Below are positions 26,504 through 40,027 of a DNA stretch of 64,000 nt, piece after piece (position 1 is the stretch's first letter; each line of letters starts with the position of its first letter). This DNA comes from Octopus vulgaris. Lineage: Eukaryota. The position numbers and the translations under genes are program-made. Location of the stretch: assembly GCA_951406725.2 (NCBI GenBank), contig OX597814.1, positions 146,320,001 through 146,384,000 of the forward strand. The letters run 5' to 3'. The notes below the pieces were generated by a model. The model ran no database searches. It had not been told where the DNA came from and was given only the letters and a program-made list of their open reading frames with translations.

Positions 26504-26569
26504 TCCACATTGGTGCTCATCATTATCTAAATATACGACTATCGTACTCGTAATAAAATAATAAAACGG

Positions 26570-26787
26570 ATGGAGTAGAAACACTCCCTCGCCGTTGACG
26601 GACAATGCCCACGTCACCAATGCATACTAGCCCCCCTCAACATGCCACTTCGCAACTCAACTCCACAGTCGAATGAACTGGACCAACGTGAAAAATGTGA
26701 AGATAACACACAGCCACGTCCGGGAAGTGAACTCGCAACCTTATGATTGTGAACACGACGCTTTAACCACTGAGTCATGCGCCTTCA
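26570..26787 (-). mobile_element. SINE family C (tRNA head with CORE-like domain), diverged
   Basis: Minus strand TGAAGGCGCATGACTCAGTGGTTAAAG...GAGTTCACTTCCCGGAC...TTTCACGTTGGTCCAGTTCA; homologous to the copy at 41071. Confidence 0.7.
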
Positions 26788-27262
26788 GTTTAAAACATGT
26801 TCTGGGGATGACATTTAACTCCATCGAGTGGTGAGATTCCGGGTTCGGAGTCAAGGAGGTTGAGGGAGGTATGGATTTATCCATTCCTCGACACTGCTAT
26901 GTATATCAATATAAGTGTGCACAGTGTGTGTAAGCGTTTGTAAATGTGTATGTATATTCACACACACTCACCCACAGAGACACACACATATATATACGCA
27001 CACACACAAACATACGGACATGCATTTAGGCACACACAAACACACACACACGTATAAAGCAGAATGAGAAATAGAAATAGAACGTCCTTGGTACAATATT
27101 ATATATTTGGAAAAATGAATAGAAATGGTTTATCTGATTTATCCACGTTAATGATTAGATGTTCATACTTCATTAGATGTATATACCTTTTGTATGTACG
27201 TAATAACTTGTGAACGTCTAATTATTATGTTGGAAAAATTATCGGAAAAGCCATTTCTACTC

Positions 27263-28215
<953 letters not shown>

Positions 28216-28217
28216 TA

Positions 28218-28400
28218 AAGTTAATCCAAACAAGAAAACACAACAACGCGAGGACGTGGAACATATATAGTATTATTGGACGCTCAGGAAAGAAGGAAAG
28301 AAGGAGCTCTTCGTCGGAAACATAAGAGAAGGAAAGATCCAGAGAAGGGAAGACAGAGGAAAAAAATCGCCAACGGTACACACGAGGTCACATTTTAAAA

Positions 28401-28402
<2 letters not shown>
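28218..28402 (-). mobile_element. Probable Penelope-like terminal fragment in (AT)n
   Basis: Unique purine-rich island between (AT)n arrays; the minus strand contains CCGACGAAGAGC, resembling the 5' half of a minimal hammerhead whose GAAA half is missing. Confidence 0.35.
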
Positions 28403-28469
<67 letters not shown>

Positions 28470-28631
28470 TATATATATATATGTATGTGCGTGTGTGTTG
28501 ACGTAAGAACTTACAACTTTTCGAGAGAACGTGAAATAATTGTTGTCTTGAACAGTGGTTCTCGAAGCTGCTATTTTCTCATTTTATGTGCCTCGAGATC
28601 TACTGTTCCGAAAAAGGAGTACATGCACACA

Positions 28632-28690
<59 letters not shown>

Positions 28691-29239
28691 AGACACACAC
28701 ACGCGCACACACACACGCGCACACACACAGACACACGCACACACATTTAGTCAGCGAAAAACTATTTAACCTACAACAAAGATAATCGCTTATCTAGATA
28801 ATGATGAGCACCAACTTGGAAAATTATTTGTTAGCTAAACGAGAAAATCCGGCATACTTAAATGTATATTCGTATGCAAAGTTGTGTATCGCTATGAATA
28901 GTCTTTAGTTCTTATATTTGGTTAGACTATTGTACTAAATAATCACAGGATCTTAAACGTCATACTGCACTAAAAAACCCAATATGTATTTCGAAGTTAC
29001 CAAGTACATCATCCACTAACTTTCACTCAGGCAGAACAAATACCATTTTCTCTAATACTATAGTGCTTCCTGCGGATCTTTGATTACTGGGGCTCAGCAA
29101 GCAACACCTATTTTTACCTGAATATCTAATTGGGTTCTATATTCACAACATAATTGCTTTAACATGTGAACATTTCCCTGTGTTTCATTTACTTAACTGT
29201 TCATATCATTGTAATTTATACATAGATTTTGTCCCATGT

Positions 29240-29455
29240 ATCTTTTACTTTTATCGGTCATTACACTAAGGTCAAGTTGGGGCAACCGCTTGAAAATCTT
29301 TGAGTCGAATAAATCGACCCAGTACTTATTTCTTGTTAAGCTTAGTACTTATTCGATCGGTCTCTTATGCTGAACTGCTAGGTTACTGGGATGGAAACAC
29401 ACCAACAACGGATGTTAAGTGGTGGTCAGTCAGAAACATAGATACAAATACACAA
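29240..29455 (-). mobile_element. SINE family A, 3' half (diverged)
   Basis: TCTTTTACTT...AATCGACCCAGTACTTATT...AGTACTTATTCGATCGGTCTC...GAACTGCTAGGTTAC.GGGA...AACACACCAACA. Confidence 0.75.
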
Positions 29456-29457
29456 TG

Positions 29458-29559
<102 letters not shown>

Positions 29560-29867
29560 TAGGATAAAACTTACTTAGAAATGGATGCGAGGCGTTCCAT
29601 CATATAATAACAAAATAATAAATAAAGCATATGCATATATACATATATATATGTACGTACCTACATCTATATGTATATGTATATAAAAGAAAAATGTCCA
29701 TTTCCTTGGATTTGTTTTTATGTTTTCGTTTCTCATTGTGTCCTGTACACATATGTGTCCTGTACACATATATGCATGTATATATACATATAGTTGTAGG
29801 TACGTAAATATATGTATGTATATATGCATATGTTTTATTTATTATTTTGTTATTATATATATATATA

Positions 29868-30263
29868 TACTCTTTTACTTGTTTCAGTCATTTGACTGCG
29901 GCCATGCTGGAGCACCACCTTTTAGTCGAGCAACTCGACCCCGGGACTTATTCTTTTTGTAATCCCAGTACTTATTCTATCGGTCTCTTTTTGCCAAACC
30001 GCTAAGTGACGGGGACGTAAACACACCAGCATCGGTTGTCAAGCAATGCTAGGGGAACAAACACAGACACACATACATATACACACACATACATATATAC
30101 GACAGGCTTCTTTCAGTTTCCGTCTACCAAATCCACTGACAAGGCATTTGTCGGCCCGGGGCTATAGCAGAAGACACTTGCCCAAGATGCCACGCAGTGG
30201 GACTGAACCCGGAACCATGTGGTTGGCTAGCAAGCTACTTACCACACAGCCACTCCTGCGCCT
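29868..30263 (-). mobile_element. SINE family A, full length (tRNA-derived, octopus-type)
   Basis: Minus strand: A box TGGCTGTGTGG, B box GGTTCAGTCCC, CORE-like CTTGGGCAAGTGTCTTC, internal AT/GT repeat, tail CCAGCATGGCCGCAGTCAAATGACTGAAACAAGTAAAAGAG. Confidence 0.9.
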
Positions 30264-30280
30264 ATATATATATATATATA

Positions 30281-30442
30281 TATGACAGGCTTCTTTTCAG
30301 TTTCCGTCCAAAATCCTCTCACAAGACTATTCTCGGCCCGAGGATATCTAGAAAACACTCGCTCAACGTGCCACGCAGTGTGACAGAGGACAGAACAATG
30401 TGGTTAAAAAGTAAGCTTCTTGCCACACACATTCCTACGCTT
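30281..30442 (-). mobile_element. SINE family A, 5' half (diverged), adjacent to the full copy
   Basis: GACAGGCTTCTTTTCAG...GTGCCACGCAGTG.GAC...ATGTGGTT...CCACACAC. Confidence 0.8.
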
Positions 30443-31224
30443 ATATACTTAGGTTATGTTAAGTTTGGTATGAATACATTTTTGTTCAAAATTCCTAACG
30501 TATATAAACATGTGTTATGTCTCTATTTACTATTACTTCCATATTTATACCGACCTCTTCCTTTGAGATTCATTATTTTGTAGACTAGTTGCTTACTTTC
30601 ATAGAGATTACATATTTTATTCTTTGAAATTAGAAATATAATATTCCAGGTGTCCCCCTATGAAGCACTCATTCTGAAATCGTGACAAGTAACTGAATAC
30701 AAGGGCATTTGTATGGAATGCAAAATGGAATATATAATATTATTTAACATATGTAGGGAAGGATGTTGAATGGAAGAATTGTTAGACTGTTAGAAGTAAT
30801 AAAATGCTGTTTTTTTCTCCGGTTCCTTGATTTCTTAGTTCACTTCTGGCCAAAGTCAACTTTGCCTTTCCTGGTTTATGGAGTTATAAAAATATCATTT
30901 GATAATTGGACAGGAATAAACAAGCGCCCTTCGCAAAATGTGAGGTCTTGTGTTCATTTTAGAATGAGTTATGTTATTTATACATATTCTATTTCACACA
31001 GTCTGTTTGACCACAACTATTCCTGGGACGGCAAATTTGCATTGTGACAACACCACGGAATTTCAATTTGCAGGAGGTAGTACTTTCGGATGTGTAAGTT
31101 AAATCTCACCAGGATTAAAATAATTAAATGTCAATATGAAATGCTCGCACGCGCAGACACACATTCACACACACACTCACATACACATTAACCAACACTC
31201 AATATATATATATATATATATATA

Positions 31225-31333
31225 TTCTTTTTTTCCGACCAGACCATCAGATGTTGATACACATCGCTGGTCACAATGCGTTCGCATTGTTTTAGCCTTC
31301 GACTGACGCCACCCCGCTGGCTAAGCGAGCAGG

Positions 31334-31338
<5 letters not shown>
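31225..31338 (-). mobile_element. Probable SINE 3' fragment in (AT)n
   Basis: GC-rich island flanked by (AT)n with a perfect hairpin ACAATGCG-TT-CGCATTGT; A-rich end on the minus strand. Confidence 0.5.
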
Positions 31339-31381
<43 letters not shown>

Positions 31382-34300
31382 TGAAAATTCCATAGTTGAG
31401 AGGCTGCATATGGCTCCATTATTTTTTATGTATTTCGAATGAAGTTATCTGTACATACTTAAGGCACTGAGAAGCTAATGCTTGCGGTCTTTCAGTTTTA
31501 GCAGCATCGTTCTTAAAGCTGAGTAATTTTTTAAGAATGCGTAATTTATGCCTCAGACGTGTAAGTTGCTGGTGTGTGTGTATATATGTGTGTGCTCGTG
31601 CGCGCGTGCGTGAATCTTGAGTAGTGTGCGTATATATGTATTTTTTATTTAGATTTTACATTTTAATTACCGCAATATTCTGGGACACAAAATCGTTTCA
31701 CAACTTATTTGTGTGTAATTTTAAAATTGTATTACTGAATCCTTCACGTTTCCATTATAATTTCCATAAATTTAATATCAATTTTGTAGAAATATTCTCT
31801 GAGTATTTTTAATGACACTGTTCTACTCTAAAAATAAACATGTTGGTACAGAATAAAGCAACGAAAACCAGCTAAAAACAGTCTCTCTTCTAGTTTCCAA
31901 ATGAGAAACAATTTAGATAATAAGTCTGTTTTTAAGAATCGTTTCGAGACAATATACACTGAAGACAAGCATTAAGCAGAGTTAACGTAGAAATTGACTA
32001 ATAGCTTCATACCATAATGAACTGAATATACACACGTCTTTTTATATTTATTTTAGTTCGAAAACACTGACTTCATTTCTAATATTATCTGGAAATTGGT
32101 ATTGATTTATTTGTTAGGGCAATATATTTTGATCAATCATTTTCGGATACAATTAGCGGATTATTTGTGGTGCTTTTAATCTGTGCCGTTACATCGCAGC
32201 GCTTCACCACAACTCTAATCATGTTGAATTAACGTTGATTCAAAATAGACTGCCCACACTGTCGAAATATAATTTTCCAAAAGACTGACTTCAAATATCA
32301 AGTTAAATATTTCTTACAATATTTTTGAAATTTTATGATTATTTCTTTGCAACCAGAAAAATATTTATTTTTGAGTTGATATTATTATTTTCTCGTGGAT
32401 TTTTGTCAGATTTTTATATTGTTGTTCAACTTTTGGATTACACATTGTAGAATATTGATTTTTAGCTACCCTTTTTCAAATTATTTTGACTCTCTAACTG
32501 ATATTTTATCGTATGAGCTGATTAAGGTATTCCTGAAAGCTTAATGTTCTTTTATTTTCCTAATCGACTTGTTTACTTGGTAGTACTTTTAGTTATACCT
32601 CTGAGGTTTTTCTCTTTGCCGTACCGTTTTTCATTTGTAAGAACATATTTAGAATATTAAACAAGTATTTTATTTATAAAGACACAGACGAGCAGACACA
32701 ATTGCCGCATAGATGAATATGTTCGTTTACGCACAAGCACACATGCAACACACTTATTGATGTGTATACAAATACATACACTGACTTTGTAAACACATTC
32801 TAAAAGATATAAACTAAGGCAAATAATCATAACGCGACGGCTTATTCCCCCTCATTTAATGTGGAGCAGTATTAAATATTCAGGAAAATGTATCCAAAAA
32901 CAAATATAAAATTTGTAGCGAGATACAGCCGGCTTTTAAAGCAGATCATTTGACTTCCTTCATCAATTGACTTCTTTAAACCGACCAGATTATAATTCTT
33001 TGAAAGGAAGATCTTTATTTTCGACAAATTGTTTATCAGTTGACTACCATAAAATTCGATTCGAAATCGCAGTATCTTTGAGGTAGACTATATATGAGCC
33101 AATGTGTTATGCAATTGACTGTTATTATTACACATGACAATTAATCAGACAGTGCAATGTAATAAATTCCCGGGGAAAAATACAAAATTTTGTCAGTTGG
33201 TTTAACCCTGATACATTCCAGTTATGCAAATTATACTCAGCATCGCAAAATCATTGGTATTTCTGAATAAAAGATGGTGTAGAGGCCGTCGTTTATTATC
33301 CTGTTAAGGGCAGTATGGTGATGTGTCTGCCAACATGGAACGGGTAAATTGTCGTATCATCCGGCCTCTTACCGTCCTCTCATTCTAACCACACCGGCTC
33401 GACTTTATAATATTGCTAAGGGCACCATGGCATGGAAAGCGGTTAATAATAGTCATAGTTATATACAGCACAGTCAATTATGGGGCTAAGTAACAACAAA
33501 TCAATAGCTATACCACTGCTGTCAAAACTTATATGAAATGAGTCATACGACATAGATGGAATTAACTTTGTAATGAGAATTATGTTATATCTCTGAAATA
33601 CTGATTTTATTAGGAATTATGAATTGTGATAATTCTGCTGTATTATATTACAAAAATTTGCATTTTAATTAAATTATATTATATTAAAAATCATAATGTC
33701 AATATTAATTATAGATGCACAATATTTAATGAAGTAACTGGCTTCTGTGATTTAACATATGCACATTATATGGTTCTCGTGCGTGGATAAAAATTTAAAA
33801 TATATCTTGTGAAAGTATTCTTACTTACAATATTGCCAGTTACTTTCCTTTTAATATCTTATGGAAATTACTGCTTATGAAATTTCTTTATGGCTTTCGG
33901 TCATTTTACTGCGGCCATACTGGGACACTACATGCAAAGTTTTAGCCAATAATGTAACGCTGGTTTATATTTCGACGATATATGTTTAAAGAATGACAAA
34001 ATTACACTTTCACACAAAAGCAAACAACAGTACATTCCTTCAGCAAACCGAGACGAATACATGTGTATATATATATATATATATATGTACTACTTCCATA
34101 ACAAACCAAAACGTTCCCCCTAATGCATGTCGCGATATGACATCACAAACTACTCCTAGGAACTACAATACGGTATGATACCGGCCGGTCTGCTGTCCAG
34201 TAGAAACACTTACATACTATCTTCAAACTGACAAGTACAACACTACTCACGTTTTTTCTTCATCATCCTAAATAATCATGTACTTTGTGCTTATATTATG

Positions 34301-34574
34301 TTCTTTTGTGATGAACACACCACCGCATACAATACATGCTTAAATATCCAAAATACAGAATATACGTATGTCCGTTCTTATATTACGCCTTTCCTGAGGA
34401 CGGTCACACCACTACACACGACCCGAAGGTTTTTACCATGGAAAACACATCACCTAATTGGAACCTAAATCCACCAACAGCCTATAGTCTCGCAGCACCA
34501 GTAATTGCAATGCTGACTACCTACATACCAACATTAATAGGCACCCTTATAAGTAATTATAGACATTGGTTCTA

Positions 34575-35435
34575 AGGCCGCTAAAGCTCCTCACGACATT
34601 TGTGATGTGTATGGAGAGTGTGTGAAAGAACTGCTCGTGATTGGTATGCCAAGTTCAAAAATAGAAATTTTGACCTCAAAGACGCATCTCGTTCTGGCTG
34701 CCCAGTCGAGTTAGATGAAGAGCAATTAAACCAACTTTTGCACGAATATTCTCGTCAAAGGGAACAGGCAGAGAAAATGGAATGCTCCCACACTGCTATA
34801 GAGAATCGTTTTCACTCGATGGGAAAGGTTCAGAAGTATGGGTTATGGGTTCCGCATGCTTTAAGTGACAACAACAAAAATCAACGAGCTACAATCTCCG
34901 CTGGCTTCCTTGCTCAACTCATGGACACAAGCAACGATTTCTTTACTGAATCGTTACTGGCGACGAAAGATGGTGCCTGTACATCAATATGAAACAGTAT
35001 AAGGAATGGCTTAGCCCCGGTAAACAGGCGACACCGTTTATGAAATAAGATTTTCATACGCGTAAAACGATGTTGTGCGTATGGTGGGACTGGGAAGGGA
35101 TTATCCATTATGAATTACTTGAACGGAACCAAACGGTCAATGCGGAACTCTATGTTCAACAGATGGAACGACTCGACACGGCTATTCAAGAGAAAAGACC
35201 TAATCGGTAGCATGGAGTTCTTCTGCTGTACGACAACGCCCGCTCTCATATCGCCAATATGACCGAGGAAGCTATTCAAACGCTTGGCTGGGAAGTGTTG
35301 CCATACACACCATACTCTCCTGATTTGGCACTAACGGCTTTCCACCTCTTTCGATATCTTTCAAATGCTATGCGCGGAGTTGAGTTCAATACTGATGCAG
35401 AATTGAGAGCTTGGTTGGATCAATTTTTCGAGTCC
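34575..35435 (+). mobile_element. Mariner transposase pseudogene, truncated at both ends
   Basis: DICDVYGE, RTARDWYAKFK, WVPHAL, VTGDERW, CVWWDW, DNARSH, PYSPDLA motifs across frames; third catalytic Asp appears mutated; no TIRs seen. Confidence 0.92.
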
Positions 35436-35729
35436 ATCGGAGGCGGTGTGAGAAAACGGTTAAGCAATAGTTGTTCTAGATAAAAGAATGAAATGGAGGA
35501 ATGAAAATAGACGTGAGATATGCAGGAATATTGTATCTTCAGTTCCATCATTTAGGCAGAATGGTATACATATAAGATTCCAGTACCTTGTCAGTTAGTT
35601 CCAATAGTATTTAAAATTGGTCATTCCTCGCATAGAGCTTGTAAACGGTGTTATTCAACCTAGTGATTTTGCTGAAGTGACTTAAAGGTTGAGAATGTTT
35701 TTGTATACATATATGTTGTTGTATACATA

Positions 35730-35938
35730 TATGTGTGTATCTGTGTCTCTGATTGTCCTTCCCACCATCGTTTGAAAACCGATCTTGGTGTGTTTACGTC
35801 CCCGAATCTTAGCGGTTCGGCAAACAAGTCCGATAGATTAAGTACCAGGCTTACATAGAATAAGTCCAGGGATCGATTTCTCCGACTAAAAGCGATGCTC
35901 CAGCATGGCTCCGGTTAAAATGAGTGAAATAAGTAAAA

Positions 35939-35940
<2 letters not shown>
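35730..35940 (+). mobile_element. SINE family A, 3' half
   Basis: GGTGTGTTTACGTCCCCG..CTTAGCGGTTCGGCAAA...CCGATAGA.TAAGTAC...CTCCAGCATGGC...GAAATAAGTAAAAGA. Confidence 0.85.
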
Positions 35941-35973
<33 letters not shown>

Positions 35974-36056
35974 GGTCCCGGGTTGAGTCGGGGTTAACCA
36001 CAGTATATAAGGTACTCAATACATAGCAGAGTAAATTAATTTATTTTATAGAAGGA

Positions 36057-36105
36057 GCTTCTACAGGACTAGAACTGTTTCATTCAGATGAAATCTTCAG
36101 GAAGC
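36057..36105 (-). ncRNA. Type I hammerhead ribozyme, mirror copy
   Basis: Exact reverse-complement copy produced by the palindrome. Confidence 0.8.
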
Positions 36106-36152
36106 TTCCTGAAGATTTCATCTGAATGAAACAGTTCTAGTCCTGTAGAAGC
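36104..36152 (+). ncRNA. Type I hammerhead ribozyme
   Basis: Stem I GCUUC/GAAGC; core CUGAAGA; stem II U-UUC-AUCU-GAA-U; GAAA; stem III ACAG/CUGU with loop UUCUAGUC; cleavage triplet GUA (after 36147). Confidence 0.8.
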
Positions 36153-37101
36153 TCCTTCTATAAAATAAATAAAGATATATATATATATATACATTTATAC
36201 ACCTGCATACTAAATTGTATAAGAATACAAATAACAAAATACAACTAGCTCCACTAGCAACATAAGCGGTTGCCATTTGTAGTAATATTAATAGTCATAA
36301 TAGTAGTAACGTTTTGCTGAGTATCGGTGAATAAAAGAGCTTTTGTCTTGCAATTATTTTGAATATTCGTCATATTCCTACTGTGAATTATTTAGATGTA
36401 TTTAAAATTCTGGCCTATCAATATTTTTGTGTTTCTTTTATTAAATAACCTTTTATATATTTACTTGTGATATATCATGAGGATGGCATCTGAGAAGAAA
36501 TGAATTTCCTATTAATTTTTTTTAGTATCTACCACAGTCAAAGTACTTTTCTCTATTTCATTGCCGATTCTATCGTTGATCCACTCGTAAATTCCGGTAA
36601 TCTATTATATCGCCGACGAAGAATATCAGCAAGAACGATTGATATAGGAAATTTACTCTTGTACATATTTCTAGTAAATTAGAAGTTATTATCAGGTGAG
36701 TGGTCGGTTTCCATAATGCACTGCTTTATTTACTCCGATTCTACATGCTGAGACCATATCACAACGCGGTAAAGTCGTTGTTTTCGGGCTACGTAAGAAA
36801 AGCAACATGCAAACATAAGGTCGGTTTAATCCACCGACACTGGAGTTCCCGATAAGTATTCAAGCAATGGGCTACAGCGAAGAATCCGGCATGAATGATA
36901 TTACGGCTGCTTCGTATTAATGAAAAATGTTCAAACTATTCCCGTGAGAATTAGCGATCAGGGTATTATGAGTTTGTCGAGAGTAGAAAAGGATGAAGTT
37001 TATTTTTTTTCTCTTTGACGTTCACTGTCATGTTCTCCGTATTAAGTATAATAAACACTTAAGATTTTGAAACAAAAAAAAATGAGTAGAATTTAATAAT
37101 A

Positions 37102-37290
37102 GTTTGAAATGTTGGCACCAGGGCAGCAATTTCGGGAGAGGGGATAAGTCAATTACATTCACCCCAGTGTTTAAGTGGTACTTGCTTCATCGGCCTCGAA
37201 AGGATGAAAAGCATAGCTGACCTCGGCAGAATTTGAACTCAGAATATTGAGACGGACGAAATGCCGGTACGCATCTCCCAGTTCATCACC
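37102..37290 (-). mobile_element. SINE family B (Nin/Deu-like domain), tail type 1
   Basis: Minus strand GAGTTCAAATTCTGCCGAGGTCAGCTATGCTTTTCATCCTTTCGAGG...AAATTGCTGCCCTGGTGCCAACATTTCAAAC. Confidence 0.8.
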
Positions 37291-37334
37291 ATTGTACAGA
37301 TTAATAATAATACAATTTTTGCCGATATTTTATA

Positions 37335-39153
37335 GTAGCTGAGGTACCCGGTAATACACGGGAGTGGGAATATTCCCAGTACCCACTATAATGCCTAATT
37401 TCTCTCGGGCGAAAAATGAAATCAAGACATAGGACAGATAATTAAAGGCGTAAGCAAATTCATTCACTAAAACAATAATACAAATAAATATATTTGGAAT
37501 AGGAAAATGACAATTGTTTGGTCAGATGAGTGGAAAGCTGCAAATATATAACCAACGGAAACATCAAGAAGGGAATTGCAAACGAGTGCTATGAAAAAAA
37601 AAGAAAGAACATGGCGGTTTGAAAAGTAAACATAAAAATTATTTAGAGAAAAGGCACTTAATTCGACGACTGTATTTCATGGGTATACTTTCAATAATCA
37701 TGAGAATAAAATATCAATTTCAACGATTAGAACCGACAATTTTAAGTGGCGGTATTAAGAAAATACATGTTATATGTTTTAGCATACAGCTCTACAACGT
37801 TTAAAATCGGTAATTTTAGGTGCAGGTGTTAAGAAAATACATGTTACAGCAACCTGAGAATGCTGAAATAATTGATGAACATTTTAACCCCACAACAATT
37901 TAGGCCAAATTTCGTTAATCGGTCAAGCAAAGATCAGGTTACGCATTGCTTGAGTGGCGTAGGCAAGTATTTATTTGTCTCAACACATCCGTAGCGCATG
38001 CTCCATCTGTGTAAAACATTTCAAGAAAATCAGTTGAAAACTTTAAAAGTTATGGCAGAAAATAACATTGATATGAGAGTTTGCATAGAAATGGCCTATT
38101 GATTTTTGAAAAATCGATGCTAATTAAAAATTATCACCTTTTTGAAATTCCAAGTGCATAAGTGACCGCATGGGTACAAGCGCCCCCACCCACCCCACAC
38201 ACGTGTCAAGTTTCATTAAGATCAGCTAGATAGTCTCGGAGGAGTTAAAGTAACAAATTCACACACACACACACACTCACACACACACAATGGTAGATAA
38301 AATGCCCTGAATATCTTAAGTAATTTGAGGACTACATGAGAATATCCCCTGTCTAAAAGACTAATTTAAGATCTTGAATATTCTATAAGAGTTAAGGTTC
38401 ATATAGTAACGTAACACATATCTGAACTCCAAACGAATTTGAAAGTTAAAAGGGGGTACACTGATAAGGTAAACCTAGTAGTTTGTATAAATGTAGTTTG
38501 ATTGGCAGTATGTCTATGTTTATGCATGAAATACTGAGTAGAAAAGAGTTGAGAAATAAAATGCACTTACCTAATTACATTTTGCAACGCTGGGGAATTA
38601 AATCAACGAATTGAAATAATAAATTTTAGAAAATGAAAACGATTCGCATTGAAATACATATTTGCAAATGCTAATGAGGTTACTGTTAATAAGATGTCTG
38701 TTTTTACTCATGAAACATTTTTCGTCAAATTGAAATCTATATTGATGAGTAGAACCAATTTCACGAAAAAAATGAACAGAGTGTGCTAGCGAACCCGTGT
38801 TTTCGTCATTTTTGTATATGTGCGTACAAAATTGATATATCTTATCCTATCCCTAGCGCATATTCCATCTGTGTATCAAATTTCAAGAAAATCGGTTCAA
38901 AACTGTAAAAGTCATGGCAGAAAATATCATTCATATGAGAATTTTTGAAAAAATCGATGCTGATTAAAAATTATCATTTAAAAAAAATTTCCAAGTGCCT
39001 AAGTGTCCTCATATGCATAAGCCCCACACATGTGTCATGTGCCAAGTCTCATCAAGATCGATTGAATAGTCTCGGATGAGTTATAGTAACAAATTCACAA
39101 ACACACATAGACACAACCACAAACATACAGAAAGTGCCATTTATGTGTATAGA
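37335..39153 (-). mobile_element. Non-autonomous Helitron-like element with an internal duplication
   Basis: Minus strand starts A|TCTATACACATAAA and ends with hairpin CCCG-TGTATTAC-CGGG then TACCTCAG-CTAC|T (CTAG-like); internal block about 37987-38263 repeated at about 38849-39100. Confidence 0.55.
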
Positions 39154-39173
39154 TTAATATTCTCTTCGGAGCA

Positions 39174-39392
39174 AGGCGGCGAGATGACAAAATTATTAGG
39201 AAGTTTGGAAAAATGCTTAGCGACATTTCGTCTGTCGCTACGTTCTGAGTTCCGAAGTCACTGAAGTTGACTTTGCTTTTCATCCTTTCGTTGTCAATGG
39301 AACCAGTATCTGTCGAGCACTGGGGTAGATGCAATCAACATAACACTGCCCTCTAAATTGCTAGCCTTGTGCTAAAATTTGAAACCATTATT
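39174..39392 (+). mobile_element. SINE family B, tail type 1 (diverged)
   Basis: AGGCGGCGAGATGACA...GACTTTGCTTTTCATCCTTTCG...AAATTGCTAGCCTTGTGCTAAAATTTGAAACC-ATTATT. Confidence 0.8.
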
Positions 39393-39611
39393 ATCTTTGG
39401 CTTTCATATTTACAATATCCATACCAAAACTACATTTATTCAATTTGATTTCTGATGTCCATGGAGCTAGTTCTTGGACAAGTAAATATACTAATTTTGA
39501 ATTAAGAATATTATTTACTTATCATCTAGTATTTCAAATTCGAAAATAAAACAATAATGATTTCAACGACTACATTACTGCTGCATAGAAAAAAACGGTT
39601 TCTAACTGGAA

Positions 39612-40027
39612 AATGCAGTGAGCCGGCAGAATCGTTAGCACACCGGGCGAAATGCTTAGTGGTATTTCGTCTGCTACTACGTTCTGGATTCAAATTCCGC
39701 CAAGGTCGACTTTGCCTTTCATCCTTTCGGGGTCGATTAAATAAGTACCAGTTACGCACTGGAGTCGATATAATTGACTTAATCCGTTTGTCTGTCCTTG
39801 TTTATCCCCTCTGTGTTTAGCCCCTTGTGGGTAGTAAAGAAATAGGTATTTCGTCTGCGTTACGTTGTGAGTTCAAATTCCGCCGAGGTCGACTTTGCCT
39901 TTCATCCTTTCGGGGTCAATAAATTAAGTACAAGTTACGCACTGGGGTCGATGTTATCGACTTAATACCTATGTCTGTCCTTGTTTGTCCCCTCTGTGTT
40001 TTGCCCCTTGTGGGTAATAAAGAAATA
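39612..40027 (+). mobile_element. SINE family B dimer, tail type 2 (LINE-like), with 15-bp TSD
   Basis: Two units of TTCAAATTCCGCC.AGGTCGACTTTGCCTTTCATCCTTTCGGGGTC...TCCCCTCTGTGTTT.GCCCCTTGTGGGTA.TAAAGAAATA; TSD GGTTTCTAACTGGAA at 39597-39611 and 40028-40042. Confidence 0.92.

Larger units (their letters stand above)
35969..36172. mobile_element. Short Penelope-like fold-back element: perfect 132-bp palindrome with a 70-bp one-sided tail, in (AT)n
   Basis: 36039-36170 is self reverse-complementary about 36104|36105 (AAGCTT centre); unique extension 35969-36038; (AT)n on both sides. Confidence 0.8.

Noticed and set aside
29868-30263. tRNA gene calls from A and B boxes
   Set aside because: The boxes are SINE heads followed by SINE body and tail; no full cloverleaf.
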